A stretch of 64,000 nt of DNA, from positions 11,328-75,327 of the forward strand of contig CAZBVJ010000011.1 of the NCBI GenBank assembly GCA_964495485.1, written 5' to 3'. This DNA is from an uncultured Sulfuricurvum sp. Lineage in GTDB: Bacteria; Campylobacterota; Campylobacteria; Campylobacterales; Sulfurimonadaceae. The notes below the pieces were generated by a model. The model had not been told where the DNA came from. It did not search any database and saw only the letters and a program-made list of their open reading frames with translations. This document shows positions 29,140 to 40,539 of the stretch, one piece after another (within the stretch, counting starts at the first letter, position 1; every line of letters begins with the position of its first letter). The translations under genes were made by a program, and so were the position numbers.

Positions 29140-29145
29140 AAAGCA

Positions 29146-29586
29146 TTATTTGTTTTTTATTTCCCACATCGTCACAATTCTCTCCATTTTACGGAGCAAG
29201 ATGTTATAAAAAATAATCGAAGGGATAGCGACTACTAATCCCATTGCGGTCGCTTTGAGTGCCAATGCCAATCCTGTCATAATCTTTTTGGGATCAACCG
29301 CCCCTACATCTCCGAGGCTGTAAAACGTGATCATAATCCCCAGTACGGTTCCGAGCAATCCTACATAGGGAGCATTTGATCCGATCGTTGCAATTGTAGA
29401 GACATGGTCTCCCAAATCGAGTTCGAGCTCCTCTTTGGTTTTATACTCATCTACTTTGATTGCCCCGTATGCCATTAGCCGTTCGATGAAGAGCCATAAT
29501 GAAACGATACTCATGAGGATCAAGATTCCGATGATTCCGTAATCGATCGCGCTGTGTGCCGCCTCTAGCCAGTTGCTGTTTTCCAT
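29146..29586 (-). CDS. exbB: TonB-system energizer ExbB
   Basis: IGSNAPYVGLLGTVLGIM, ALKATAMGLVVAIPS. Confidence 0.94.
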   Translation of the reverse strand: MENSNWLEAAHSAIDYGIIGILILMSIVSLWLFIERLMAYGAIKVDEYKTKEELELDLGDHVSTIATIGSNAPYVGLLGTVLGIMITFYSLGDVGAVDPKKIMTGLALALKATAMGLVVAIPSIIFYNILLRKMERIVTMWEIKNK

Positions 29587-30423
29587 TTAGTGTTCTCCTT
29601 TTTTAAATTCAAGTTTGACGCATGTCCCCTCTCCCAAGCGGGAAGAGACATGCAAATGTATCCGATTACGGTCACAGTAACGTTTGACCAAACTAAGCCC
29701 AATCCCATATCCCGCTACGGTTGAATCGTTCTGATAATAGCGATCATAAATATGCATCAAGGTGATCTCATCCATCCCGATCCCCTGATCGCAAATACTC
29801 AGGGTGTGATTGTACAATGAAATCGTAATCGAGGGGATTTCGGTAGAGTATTTCACCCCGTTTTCAATCACATTGTCAATCACTTTCCCCAAACCGATCC
29901 GATCGCAGGAGACGATATGGGGAGAAAATTCGAGATTCCAGACCACATTCGGATAAAGCGGGCGAAGAAATGCGATCCGTTCATCGATCAACTCGGAAAG
30001 TTCAAAGGTCTCCCTTTTCTCCCTCTCCGTCTGTTTTTTGATCATATAATCGAGTTCATTGTATCGCTCTTTGAGCATCTGTGTCGCCGTTTCGATCCGC
30101 TCCAACCGTTTGAGGGATTTTTCATCTCCATGATTTTTACGGAGCATCTCGACATTGGCGGTAATCGTATTGATCGGGAGATTCAACTCATGCAGCGTCT
30201 CTTTGGAAAACCGCTCCAAAAGTTCAAAATGTTCCCTCAAAGGGCGTATTGCGATATTGGCCAAAATTCCGCCGATTAAGAGTGTCAGAAGGAGGGATAC
30301 AAAAGCGATTATCCCCCACTGCTCCACCCCTAGCACCTGATGAACATAATAGATGCCAGCGATCAGAACCCCTGTTGTGGTGACATAGAGCGATGCCAAT
30401 GCAATCGTAAAGCTACGAAACAA
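29587..30423 (-). CDS. Sensor histidine kinase (two TMs, very short loop)
   Basis: H-box HELNLP, N-box ENGVKYS, DQGIG, GYGIGL. Confidence 0.92.
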   Translation of the reverse strand: MFRSFTIALASLYVTTTGVLIAGIYYVHQVLGVEQWGIIAFVSLLLTLLIGGILANIAIRPLREHFELLERFSKETLHELNLPINTITANVEMLRKNHGDEKSLKRLERIETATQMLKERYNELDYMIKKQTEREKRETFELSELIDERIAFLRPLYPNVVWNLEFSPHIVSCDRIGLGKVIDNVIENGVKYSTEIPSITISLYNHTLSICDQGIGMDEITLMHIYDRYYQNDSTVAGYGIGLSLVKRYCDRNRIHLHVSSRLGEGTCVKLEFKKGEH

Positions 30424-31075
30424 GACGATACCCTACTCCACGTATATTAACGATCGATTCGCTTCCTATCTCTTGTTTCAGACGGTTGATATAGACTCGA
30501 ATCGCCCCGTCGCTAATCATCTCAGAGGGATTCCATAACGTATCCATAATCATCTCTTTGGTGACGATTTCACCTGCATTACGGATAAAGAGTGCCATGA
30601 GCTGATACTCTTTGAGTGAAAACGGAACCTCTACCCCCCCTTTCAAAATACATTTATGGAGTTCATCGAGACACAACTCTCCGACGCACAAACGGTTTTT
30701 ACCCTTGTTGCGGCGCAGCAAGGCATGAATCCGAACCAATAACTCATCGGAGTTAAACGGCTTTTTGAGATAATCATCGGCTCCGATTTCAAACGCTTTG
30801 GAAAGGGTCTCGATCTCTTGATACGAGGTGAGATAAATCGCCGGAGTGGTATCGTTGGCACGACGAAGCTCCTGAAGAAGTGAGAGTCCGTCGATCAAAG
30901 GGACATTGATATCCAAAAGATAGAGATCAAAGTGATTTTTGTAGGTCTCATCAAGCGCTTCTTGACCGTTACGGCATAGAGTGATCTCGAACCCCTCCTC
31001 TTCGAGGAGATCGACAATCGATTCGCCAAAAAGCAAATCATCCTCCAGCAGTAAAATTTTAGTCAACACGCTCAA
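30413..31075 (-). CDS. OmpR-family response regulator
   Basis: LLEDD, LLDINVP, DDYLKKPF, NIRGVGY. Confidence 0.94.
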   Translation of the reverse strand: MSVLTKILLLEDDLLFGESIVDLLEEEGFEITLCRNGQEALDETYKNHFDLYLLDINVPLIDGLSLLQELRRANDTTPAIYLTSYQEIETLSKAFEIGADDYLKKPFNSDELLVRIHALLRRNKGKNRLCVGELCLDELHKCILKGGVEVPFSLKEYQLMALFIRNAGEIVTKEMIMDTLWNPSEMISDGAIRVYINRLKQEIGSESIVNIRGVGYRLVS

Positions 31076-32066
31076 TCGACCATTTCAAAATTTCGCCTGC
31101 ACGCATCGGTACAACACTCCCATACATCTCAGGAACCACAAAATCGTGTTTCACCAATACCACCTCTTTAAAATCGGGGCAGATACCGTAAATCCGCTGT
31201 GCGTTATCACTTACAAACGCTTGGAGATTATCCAAACACCCATTCGCCTCAAAAATCTCACACAGCAACTGCAATGCGATCGGAGCGGTGAATACCCCTG
31301 CTCCGCACCCACACGACTCTTTGGTGTGTTTCGGGTGAGGTGCGCTGTCAGAGCCGAACATCACTTTCGGATGGGCGGCAAGTGCTACTTTGAGAAGCGC
31401 ATCACGGTCATGAGGACGTTTGGCGATCGGCTTGCAGAACAGATGAGGGCGAAGCATCCCCCCCGCTACGTCATCGAGGGTAATCATCAAATGGTGCACC
31501 GTGATCGTCGCATAGAGATTTTCATACTTATCCAGCATCTCCACAGCTTCAGCGGTAGTGATATGTTCCATGATGATGTTGAGTTTCGGAAAATTGAGCG
31601 CCAGTTTTTCGTAAACGCTCATAAACTCCGCTTCGCGATCCATCACAAACCCCATCGTTTCACCGTGAACCGAGAGGATGATTCCTAAATCAGACATCGC
31701 TTGGAGCGTTTCACGCATCGGTTCGATATCAAAATTGACTACCCCCCCCTCGGAGTTGGTGGTGGCACCGCTGGGATAGATTTTGATTGCCGTGACATGA
31801 TCTTGTATACTCTCCAAAAACTCTCGGGAGTAGTTTTGGTAAAAGAGGGTCATATAGGGTTCGAAATCATCGCTCTCCATCGCCGCTTTGATACGGTTTC
31901 TATACCCTTTGACCATTTCCAGCGTCGTTACCGGAGGGACGAGGTTTGGCATCACGAGGGCACCGCTAAAGCTGTACGAGGTCAGGGGTGCAACGGTTTC
32001 GAGCATTTCACCATCACGCAGATGAACGTGCATATCCAGAGGCATTGTCAAAGTAATTGTTTTCAT
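31059..32066 (-). CDS. pyrC: Dihydroorotase (homodimeric type)
   Basis: DMHVHLRDG, VMPNL, EHITT, CKPIAK, GSDSAPH. Confidence 0.96.
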   Translation of the reverse strand: MKTITLTMPLDMHVHLRDGEMLETVAPLTSYSFSGALVMPNLVPPVTTLEMVKGYRNRIKAAMESDDFEPYMTLFYQNYSREFLESIQDHVTAIKIYPSGATTNSEGGVVNFDIEPMRETLQAMSDLGIILSVHGETMGFVMDREAEFMSVYEKLALNFPKLNIIMEHITTAEAVEMLDKYENLYATITVHHLMITLDDVAGGMLRPHLFCKPIAKRPHDRDALLKVALAAHPKVMFGSDSAPHPKHTKESCGCGAGVFTAPIALQLLCEIFEANGCLDNLQAFVSDNAQRIYGICPDFKEVVLVKHDFVVPEMYGSVVPMRAGEILKWSIERVD

Positions 32067-32067
32067 C

Positions 32068-33438
32068 TTAACCCTTTAGTGCATGTTGCGCTTGGATTAT
32101 CAAAGCGTTCAAAGACTCTTCGTAACGTTTTGCCTGTGCTTCATCGGTTGATTCGAACCGTGTTACCAATACCGGTGTAGTGTTGCTGGCACGTACCAAT
32201 CCCCACCCCTGATCGAAAATCACCCGTACTCCGTCCACATCGATGATCTCACGGATAGCGGGAAAATCGCTCGGCGGGTTTTGAAGCAACTCTTTCAGTT
32301 TTGCAATCAGAGGGAATTTCTCCTGCTCGGTGGTTTTGACTTTGATCTCTTCGGTCGAAAACACCTGCGGAAGTTTGGCAATCTCTGCGTCCAAATCTAC
32401 CCCATCATGCACCAATTCAAGCATCCGAAATGTCGCGTAAATCGCATCGTCATATCCGAAATAGCGATCCGCGAAAAAGACATGTCCGCTCACTTCACAC
32501 GCCAAATCAGCGTGAAGCTCTTTCATTTTCACTTTGAGATTTGAGTGACCCGTTTTGTACATCACGGCATTTGCCCCACGCTCACGGAGGGTATCGTACA
32601 TCACCTGCGAACATTTCACCTCCCCGATAACGGTCGGTTTCTCCATCTTCATCGCATACAAAAGGGCCATCATATCCCCTTTGATGTTGTTTTTATGTGT
32701 CAATACCGCAATCCGGTCGGAATCGCCATCATACGCAAACGCGATATCCCCCTCTTTGGACAAAAGCTCTTTCACATCTTCAAGATTGTGCTCTTCGCTA
32801 GGGTCGGGGTGGTGGTTTGGAAATGTGCCGTCGGGATCGGTATAGATCCCTTTGACATCGAGCTCAAGATCGCGGAAAATATCATCGATTGCTAATCCCG
32901 CCACTCCGTTGCCGCAGTCGTAGACGATTTTGGTTTTCATACCGCGAAGATGAGCGAATTCTTGAACCATATAGGCTTTATAACGGCTCAAGGCATCGAT
33001 CTCTATAACCTGACGCTCTACTTTTGCCGGAAATTCCGACGCATCGATTTTACGCCCAAGTGCGTAGATCTGCTCTCCGAAAAACGGAGACTTGTTGATG
33101 GTGATTTTAAACCCGTTGTATTCGCTTGGATTATGAGATCCGGTAATCATCACCGAAGCGCAAGCAGTTACCCCCTCAAATTCCTGATAATTGCAAAAAT
33201 AGTTGACAGGGGTCGGCACCATCCCCATCCCAAGCACTTTCATCCCTCCGGCATTGAGTCCGGCGGTAAGATATTCAAACAAAATCGGAGAGTGGCTGCG
33301 CGCATCGTAACCCACCGCAACGTATTCGCCGTAAGGTCTCATCTCCTCGGCAAGCGCATACCCCAAACGAGTAATCGTCTCTTCATTCAACTCTTTTTCA
33401 TAGATCCCACGGATATCATACTCACGATAAATAGACAT
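32068..33438 (-). CDS. Phosphomannomutase/phosphoglucomutase
   Basis: YDIRG, ITGSHNP, DGDSDR, RASNT. Confidence 0.95.
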   Translation of the reverse strand: MSIYREYDIRGIYEKELNEETITRLGYALAEEMRPYGEYVAVGYDARSHSPILFEYLTAGLNAGGMKVLGMGMVPTPVNYFCNYQEFEGVTACASVMITGSHNPSEYNGFKITINKSPFFGEQIYALGRKIDASEFPAKVERQVIEIDALSRYKAYMVQEFAHLRGMKTKIVYDCGNGVAGLAIDDIFRDLELDVKGIYTDPDGTFPNHHPDPSEEHNLEDVKELLSKEGDIAFAYDGDSDRIAVLTHKNNIKGDMMALLYAMKMEKPTVIGEVKCSQVMYDTLRERGANAVMYKTGHSNLKVKMKELHADLACEVSGHVFFADRYFGYDDAIYATFRMLELVHDGVDLDAEIAKLPQVFSTEEIKVKTTEQEKFPLIAKLKELLQNPPSDFPAIREIIDVDGVRVIFDQGWGLVRASNTTPVLVTRFESTDEAQAKRYEESLNALIIQAQHALKG

Positions 33439-33559
33439 AAAACCCTTTCAAATTAAACAATAACCAATTATACAACGCGGATAGTAAAAGAGTGATGTAT
33501 GGGGTCAAAAACCCCATTCGAAGAATAGTATAGAAGTGTTACAAAAGTGTTAAGTGAGG

Positions 33560-34738
33560 TTAAATCGCCCTTTTAAATTCGGGATACGCTTCAAGTCCGC
33601 ACTCACTGACATCCAGCCCTTGAACCTGCTCCTCATCGGATGCACGGAACGGGAATACTTTGTTGATCAAAAAGATAATACTAAAAGAAACGGTAAAAAC
33701 AAAAACAGCTATCACTCCGACACCTTTTAGTTGATTAAGGAACGTAACGCCGTTTGCCGGATCACTTGCGAAAATTCCGACCGCCAACGTCCCCCAAATA
33801 CCGTTTACCAAATGAACCGACAATGCCCCGACGGGATCATCAATCCGGAAACGGTCAAACAACGGTACGGCGAACACGACCAAAGCGCCTCCGATTCCCC
33901 CTACCGCAATCGCATCGAGCATCGTATACAAATGAGGACCTGCCGTAACCGCTACGAGTCCGCCGAGCGCACCGTTGAGAATCATCGTGATATCAAAGAG
34001 TTTGTAGCGTAAATAGATGAGAGCCCCCGCGACAATCGCCCCAGCAAGCCCCGCTGCATTGGTATTGAAAATCGTCAACGCAACACTGTCCGCTGATTCT
34101 TTGGTTGCGATCGATCCTACCGAACCGCCGTTAAAACCGAACCATCCAATCCACAAAAGCATCGCCCCCAACACCACAAGAGGAATGTTGGATGCGGGGA
34201 TAACACGGATCTGATTACCGCTATAACGCCCTTTACGCGCACCGATGATCAAAATCGCCGCGAGCAAAGCCCACCCCCCGGTGGAGTGGATCACGGTGGA
34301 ACCGGCCAAATCGACCATGTTCAAATCAAAAATCGTCTCTTTAATCCAGTCACTCCCCCAGCTGATATTGACCGCTGTGGGATAGATCAGCGCACCCATG
34401 ATGACCGTAAACAACGTCAATGGAAGCAATCGGGCACGTTCCCCTACCCCACCGCTCATAATGTTGATCGCTTTTCCGACAAACGCCATTTGAAACATAA
34501 AAAATGCCCATTGGCTCATTGTCGTGCTTTGAAAACTACCGAACGCCAGATGAAATCCGACCAAGATAAACGCCATCGACGCTACCGCATAGATCATGAC
34601 GTTCACCGTCAACACGCTGGAGACATTTTTCGTCCGGACCAAACCTGCTTCGAGCATCGCGAAACCGGGAACCATAAGAATAATCAATGTGATGGAAAAA
34701 AGGGCAAAGAGGGTATCGATAACATACGCAGAATCCAT
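33560..34738 (-). CDS. Ammonium transporter, second Amt paralogue
   Basis: GFAMLEAG, DLAGSTVIH, GWFGFNGGS, DDPVGALSVH, GLDVSECGLEAYPEF. Confidence 0.93.
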   Translation of the reverse strand: MDSAYVIDTLFALFSITLIILMVPGFAMLEAGLVRTKNVSSVLTVNVMIYAVASMAFILVGFHLAFGSFQSTTMSQWAFFMFQMAFVGKAINIMSGGVGERARLLPLTLFTVIMGALIYPTAVNISWGSDWIKETIFDLNMVDLAGSTVIHSTGGWALLAAILIIGARKGRYSGNQIRVIPASNIPLVVLGAMLLWIGWFGFNGGSVGSIATKESADSVALTIFNTNAAGLAGAIVAGALIYLRYKLFDITMILNGALGGLVAVTAGPHLYTMLDAIAVGGIGGALVVFAVPLFDRFRIDDPVGALSVHLVNGIWGTLAVGIFASDPANGVTFLNQLKGVGVIAVFVFTVSFSIIFLINKVFPFRASDEEQVQGLDVSECGLEAYPEFKRAI

Positions 34739-34803
34739 GCAACACCTTTAGTATAAGATAAAGGTGTGCATTATATATCCAATTAAATGGATTTAAGAAG
34801 AAC

Positions 34804-34826
34804 TATTGATTAAATTTTAATCAATA
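34804..34826. promoter_or_regulatory. Palindromic operator candidate upstream of the second amt
   Basis: Perfect palindrome TATTGATTAAA-T-TTTAATCAATA; its 17-bp core lies 31 bp from a minus-strand TATAAT at 34770-34775. Confidence 0.65.
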
Positions 34827-34828
34827 TA

Positions 34829-35170
<342 letters not shown>

Positions 35171-35177
35171 TTACTCC

Positions 35178-36509
35178 TTATAGGTTAAAGCCACGTTCAC
35201 CGTGTACAGACTCATCAAGCCCTTGGCTCTCTTGCTCTTCATTGACACGTGAACCGCCGGTCAATGCCATTGCGATGTAGTATACCACGATTGTACCGAC
35301 CAATGTGAACAATCCGACAACCAAAACAGATTCCGCTTGTACCATGATTTGTCCCATACGATCCCCTGCATCTTTCAACGGTCCAGCCCAAAGAAGTGCA
35401 TTGTCAGTGTTTGGTGTATACGCTGCGAAGATACCGGTTGCGATAGCACCCCAGAGACCTGCCAAGAAGTGAACCCCAAACGCATCCAATGAATCGTCGT
35501 AACCCAATTTTTTCTTGAGTGCCGTTACCCCGAAGAACGCGATCAACGCTCCCATGATACCGATGATAAATGCACCGTTAACCCCTACGAATCCCGCTGC
35601 AGGAGTAATTGCGACCAACCCTGCGATAGCACCTGTCGCTGCACCCAAAAGAGTCGGTTTTTTGAATACCATGTACTCAACCACAATCCAAGTAACCGTA
35701 GCTACCGCAGCCGCAATCGTTGTTGTCAAATAAGCCAAACCAGCGATAGCATTCGCACCAAAAGCCGATCCGCCGTTAAATCCGTACCAACCGAACCAAA
35801 GAAGTCCTGCACCGACAGCTGTCAAGATAACGCTTGCCGGTTTCATAGCCGTTTTCGGATAACCCGCACGTTTACCGATCAATAGAGCCAATACAAGACC
35901 AGCCAAACCACCGTTCATGTGAACAACCGTACCACCCGCAAAATCAAGTGCACCTTCGTTGAACAAATATCCGCCGCCCCATACCATGTGTGTAATCGGA
36001 GCATAAACTACGATCGTCCAAATGAATGCAAATACCATCCATGTTGAGAATTTCATACGCTCAATGACTGAACCCGCCGCAATCGCTACCGTAATCGCCG
36101 CAAACGTCCCTTGGAACACTACGAAAACGAGTTTAGGGTAGAGTTGACCCAAATCGACACTGGCAAATTCGGTCCAGCTGATACCGCTAAGCATAATGTG
36201 ATTGAATCCACCGATCACTTGGTTCATTGAACCCTCAGCCGTACCGAATGCAATTGAGAAGCCGGCAATAACCCATGCGATGAAAGAGACTGCAAATGCT
36301 CCGAAAACCATTGCATACGTATTAAGAACGTTTTTAGCACGTGTCATACCGCTGTAAAACAAAGCCAATCCGATTGGTGTCATCAACATAACAAGTGCTG
36401 TTGACATCATCATCCATGCAGTATCACCTGAGTTAAGTACAGGTGCCGCTGCTTCTTCAGCAAACGCTGAAACGCCGAGTAGCGAAAGAGCTAAAAGCCA
36501 CTTTTTCAT
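35178..36509 (-). CDS. amtB: Ammonium transporter AmtB
   Basis: Signal peptide, SGDTAW, DFAGGTVVH, WFGWYGFNGGS, DDSLDAFGVH, GLD..HGE. Confidence 0.96.
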   Translation of the reverse strand: MKKWLLALSLLGVSAFAEEAAAPVLNSGDTAWMMMSTALVMLMTPIGLALFYSGMTRAKNVLNTYAMVFGAFAVSFIAWVIAGFSIAFGTAEGSMNQVIGGFNHIMLSGISWTEFASVDLGQLYPKLVFVVFQGTFAAITVAIAAGSVIERMKFSTWMVFAFIWTIVVYAPITHMVWGGGYLFNEGALDFAGGTVVHMNGGLAGLVLALLIGKRAGYPKTAMKPASVILTAVGAGLLWFGWYGFNGGSAFGANAIAGLAYLTTTIAAAVATVTWIVVEYMVFKKPTLLGAATGAIAGLVAITPAAGFVGVNGAFIIGIMGALIAFFGVTALKKKLGYDDSLDAFGVHFLAGLWGAIATGIFAAYTPNTDNALLWAGPLKDAGDRMGQIMVQAESVLVVGLFTLVGTIVVYYIAMALTGGSRVNEEQESQGLDESVHGERGFNL

Positions 36510-36580
36510 TTTCTCTCCTTAATAACTTGAATGTCGAGTACCATTGTACAAAGTAATCCAAACGAGAGAGTGCAACAATA

Positions 36581-36597
36581 TGATTAAAATTTAATCA
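36581..36597. promoter_or_regulatory. Palindromic operator candidate upstream of amtB-glnK
   Basis: TGATTAAA-A-TTTAATCA, 32 bp from a minus-strand TACAAT at 36543-36548. Confidence 0.65.
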
Positions 36598-36660
36598 GTT
36601 TAGGATATTAAATAAAAAACACCGTATTTTTATATTATAAGGAAAGAGAATAAGGAGAGT

Positions 36661-36691
36661 CTTTTTACAAGGTACTATTCCTTGTAAAAAG
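36661..36691 (-). terminator. Hairpin downstream of glnB, probable terminator
   Basis: CTTTTTACAAGG-N7-CCTTGTAAAAAG, a perfect 12-bp stem 10 bp after the stop codon. Confidence 0.6.
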
Positions 36692-36701
36692 TGTTGAAAA
36701 A

Positions 36702-37082
<381 letters not shown>

Positions 37083-37175
37083 CTATTTGATTAATTTAGC
37101 AAATTGACCCCTCTTTTAGACTTTAAGGCACATTCGGATATAATCAGCCACTTTATCTTCAATCTTGGGGACTTC

Positions 37176-39668
37176 ATGAACGATTTGCTCGACAACAGCG
37201 AAATTAATGACATCAATATAGAAGACACACTCAAAAGCAGTTATCTCGATTACTCTATGAGTGTTATCATCGGACGGGCGCTTCCCGATGTCCGTGACGG
37301 TCTAAAACCGGTTCACCGCCGTATCCTCTATGCGATGGATAAACTCAACCTCTCCGCAGGGGCTAAATACAAAAAATCGGCCCGTATCGTCGGGGACGTT
37401 ATCGGTCAATACCATCCGCACGGTGACACCTCGGTCTATGATGCGCTGGTTCGTATGGCACAGCCGTTTGCAATGCGTGCACCTTTGGTTGACGGTCAGG
37501 GGAACTTCGGTTCGGTTGACGGTGACAACGCGGCGGCAATGCGTTATACTGAAGCCCGTATGACCCGCTATGCGGGAGAGCTTCTCAAAGATTTGGACAA
37601 AGACACCGTCGACATGGTGGACAACTACGACGGTACTACCCAAGAACCGGAAGTTCTTCCCACCCGTGTACCGAATCTTCTCATCAACGGTTCTGCGGGG
37701 ATCGCCGTCGGTATGGCGACCAATATCCCGCCGCATAATCCGAATGAAGTGCTCAGCGCTCTCGTTTATCTTGTCGACAATCCGAATGCGTCACTTGTTG
37801 ACATCATGCAATTCATTAAAGCTCCCGATTTCCCGACAGGGGGAACCATTTACGGGAAAAAAGGGATTTTGGATGCGTATGAGACCGGACGGGGACGTAT
37901 CCGAGTACGTGCAAAAACTCACATTGAGAAAAAATCAAACAAAGATGTCATCGTCATCGATGAACTCCCGTATCAAGTCAACAAAGCCCGTTTGATCGAA
38001 AATATCGCCGAACTGGTCAAAGACAAATTTATCGAGGGGATCTCTGAAATCCGTGACGAATCGGACCGTGAAGGGATCCGTGTCGTTATCGAGCTCAAAC
38101 GCGACGCGATGAGCGAAATCGTCCTCAACAACCTCTACAAATCGACCAATATGGAGACGACTTTCGGGATCATTATGCTCTCAGTCTTCAATCAAGAACC
38201 GAGAATTTTCACTCTTTTAGAGATGCTCGGACATTTTATCAACCATCGTAAAACGGTCATTATCCGCCGTACGATTTTCGATCTTGAAAAAGCCAAAGCC
38301 CGTGCCCACATTTTGGAAGGTTTGAAAAAAGCGCTCGATCATATCGAAGCGATCATCAAACTCATCCGCGCCAGTGCCGATGGTGAAACCGCTAAAAACG
38401 GTTTGATCTCTGAATTCGGATTTTCACCGATCCAAGCCCAAGCCATTTTGGACATGCGTCTCCAACGCCTTACCGGTTTGGAACGTGACAAAATCGAAAA
38501 CGAACTCAAAGAGATCTTGGCACACATCGAATACTTAGAGAGCATCCTCCGAAGTGAAGAAGTTCTCAAAGGGATTATCAAAGACGAATTCATCGAACTG
38601 GTAGAGCAATTCAACGCTCCGCGCGTCACCGATATCGAAGACAACTACGATGATATTAATATCGAAGATTTGATCCCGAATGAACCGATGGTCGTCACTA
38701 TTACCCATCGCGGTTACATCAAACGGGTTCCTCTCGCCGCCTATGAAAAACAGATGCGCGGCGGTAAAGGTAAAGTTGCCGTAACCACCTATGATGATGA
38801 CTTTATCGAGAAATTCTATACCTGTAATACCCACGATACATTAATGTTCGTGACCGATCGCGGACAACTCCACTGGCTGAAAGTGTATAAAATCCCTGAG
38901 GGTTCACGCACTGCCAAAGGTAAAGCGGTCGTTAATCTCATCAATCTCGAAGCCGATGAGAAAATCCGCTCCGTCATCCCGACGACCGATTTCGACGAAA
39001 ACAAATCGCTCGTATTCTTCACTCAAAACGGTATTGTCAAACGTACCGCATTAAACGAATTCTCTAATATCCGCAGTAACGGGGTTCGCGCCATCGTTCT
39101 GGATGAAGATGACACACTGATCACCGCCCATATTGCGACCGAAGAGACCAAATACCTCTTCATTGTTACCAAATATGCCCAATGTATCAAATTCGAAATT
39201 GAAAAAACCCGTGATCAAGGGCGTAGTACCCGTGGGGTTCGCGGTATCAAGTTCAAAATCGAAGGGGATGTCGTTGTTGATGCCAACATCATTAAAAGCG
39301 ATGAAGAAGAGATTTTGATGGTGAGTGAAAAAGGGATCGGAAAACGGACCACCGCCGAAGAGTACCGCCTCACGAACCGTGCCGGATCAGGTGTTATCGC
39401 GATGAAACTCAATGCGAAAACCGGAAGTACTGTTGTCGGATGTGTTATGGTCGATGAGACGATGGATCTTATGGCATTGACCAAAGCGGGTAAAATGATC
39501 CGTGTCGATATGCAGACCATCTCGAAATCGGGACGCAATACCAGCGGTGTCTATATCGTCAAAGGAGACGATGTCGCGAGTATCTCACGCTGCCCAAAAA
39601 ATGATGAAGAAGAGAATAACGATGAGTCTGAGGGGAGTGAACCGACTGGAACTTTAGAGTTGGAATAG
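37176..39668 (+). CDS. gyrA: DNA gyrase subunit A
   Basis: [30 protein letters not shown], GyrA-box QMRGGKG. Start ATG 37176. Confidence 0.98.
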   Translation: MNDLLDNSEINDINIEDTLKSSYLDYSMSVIIGRALPDVRDGLKPVHRRILYAMDKLNLSAGAKYKKSARIVGDVIGQYHPHGDTSVYDALVRMAQPFAMRAPLVDGQGNFGSVDGDNAAAMRYTEARMTRYAGELLKDLDKDTVDMVDNYDGTTQEPEVLPTRVPNLLINGSAGIAVGMATNIPPHNPNEVLSALVYLVDNPNASLVDIMQFIKAPDFPTGGTIYGKKGILDAYETGRGRIRVRAKTHIEKKSNKDVIVIDELPYQVNKARLIENIAELVKDKFIEGISEIRDESDREGIRVVIELKRDAMSEIVLNNLYKSTNMETTFGIIMLSVFNQEPRIFTLLEMLGHFINHRKTVIIRRTIFDLEKAKARAHILEGLKKALDHIEAIIKLIRASADGETAKNGLISEFGFSPIQAQAILDMRLQRLTGLERDKIENELKEILAHIEYLESILRSEEVLKGIIKDEFIELVEQFNAPRVTDIEDNYDDINIEDLIPNEPMVVTITHRGYIKRVPLAAYEKQMRGGKGKVAVTTYDDDFIEKFYTCNTHDTLMFVTDRGQLHWLKVYKIPEGSRTAKGKAVVNLINLEADEKIRSVIPTTDFDENKSLVFFTQNGIVKRTALNEFSNIRSNGVRAIVLDEDDTLITAHIATEETKYLFIVTKYAQCIKFEIEKTRDQGRSTRGVRGIKFKIEGDVVVDANIIKSDEEEILMVSEKGIGKRTTAEEYRLTNRAGSGVIAMKLNAKTGSTVVGCVMVDETMDLMALTKAGKMIRVDMQTISKSGRNTSGVYIVKGDDVASISRCPKNDEEENNDESEGSEPTGTLELE

Positions 39669-39677
39669 TATTTGCTA
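39660..39677 (+). promoter_or_regulatory. sigma54 (-24/-12) promoter for flgP-flgQ
   Basis: TT-GG-AATAGTATTT-GC-TA has GG-N10-GC spacing and resembles Campylobacterota RpoN promoters. Confidence 0.7.
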
Positions 39678-39715
39678 TAAAGCTCTAACTATTCCAAATT
39701 CTAAGGAACCCTAAT

Positions 39716-40171
39716 ATGAGAATTGCAGCAGCTCTTGCACTTGCTCTCACTGTATCCGGACTTCATGCCGGTTTTTTTTCCAGTGACGAGCCAACCGCTC
39801 AGGTTAAATGTGTCTACAGCGGCACGGATGGTCACTGTGTCGAACCGATTTTAAAATCTCAAAATGAACTTGTTATTACCGTGGTTGGTCAAGGGGTAGC
39901 CCCTTCGGTAACCGCCTCCCCTGCTCAGGCCTACGCTCTTGCCAAACGTTCTGCCATTGTTGACGGATACCGCCAAATTGCTGAAAAAGTTCGCGGAGTA
40001 CATGTTGAGGGGCAAGATACCATCAAAAACCTCATGTTGACCAGCTCCAGTACCCGCACCTCCGTTGAAGCGCTTGTCCGTGGAGCCAACATTACCAATA
40101 CCACTTTCAAAGAGGGTCTGTGCGAAGTCGAAATGGAAATCGCCCTTTCATACTCACGCTTCTTACAGTAA
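39716..40171 (+). CDS. flgP: LPP20-family flagellar motor accessory protein FlgP
   Basis: G.GVAP..SPAQAYALAKRSAIVDGYRQIAEKV.GV.V..QDT.K; gyrA-flgP-flgQ-flgR-asd order as in Campylobacter. Confidence 0.75.
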   Translation: MRIAAALALALTVSGLHAGFFSSDEPTAQVKCVYSGTDGHCVEPILKSQNELVITVVGQGVAPSVTASPAQAYALAKRSAIVDGYRQIAEKVRGVHVEGQDTIKNLMLTSSSTRTSVEALVRGANITNTTFKEGLCEVEMEIALSYSRFLQ

Positions 40172-40527
40172 TCGCCTCATTAGTAGCGGCAGCCGATGAA
40201 TATTACATCGGCTACCGGCTTGTTGCTAAAAATGCCCAACCCATCAATGAAACCCTTGTCATTTCCAAAGCGATGCGTCCTTGTGTTAAAGCAACATCGT
40301 CATCCTCATTAAGACTGATTCGAAGTGCCGATGAATCGCTTGAATCGCTTCTTCAAAGAGAACAAACCGCCTTCTTGGAATTTGCCGCACTCCATGACGT
40401 TCATATCAAAAACAACGAAACAGTTTATCCGCTCTCGACACAAAGTATTAACGCCCTCACCCTCCCCACACGCTGTTATGCAGTCGACTTTAATGATGAG
40501 TTAGTTACAATCACCCCAACACAATAA
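40120..40527 (+). CDS. flgQ: FlgQ-like hypothetical protein
   Basis: Secreted-looking ORF between flgP and flgR; assigned mainly by synteny; start uncertain. Confidence 0.55.
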   Translation: MRSRNGNRPFILTLLTVIASLVAAADEYYIGYRLVAKNAQPINETLVISKAMRPCVKATSSSSLRLIRSADESLESLLQREQTAFLEFAALHDVHIKNNETVYPLSTQSINALTLPTRCYAVDFNDELVTITPTQ

Positions 40528-40539
40528 GGGATCTTTTTT

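Noticed and set aside
37088..37104. TGATTAATTTAGCAAAT upstream of glnB as a third nitrogen operator
   Set aside because: Only a half match and at the wrong distance from the -10 box.
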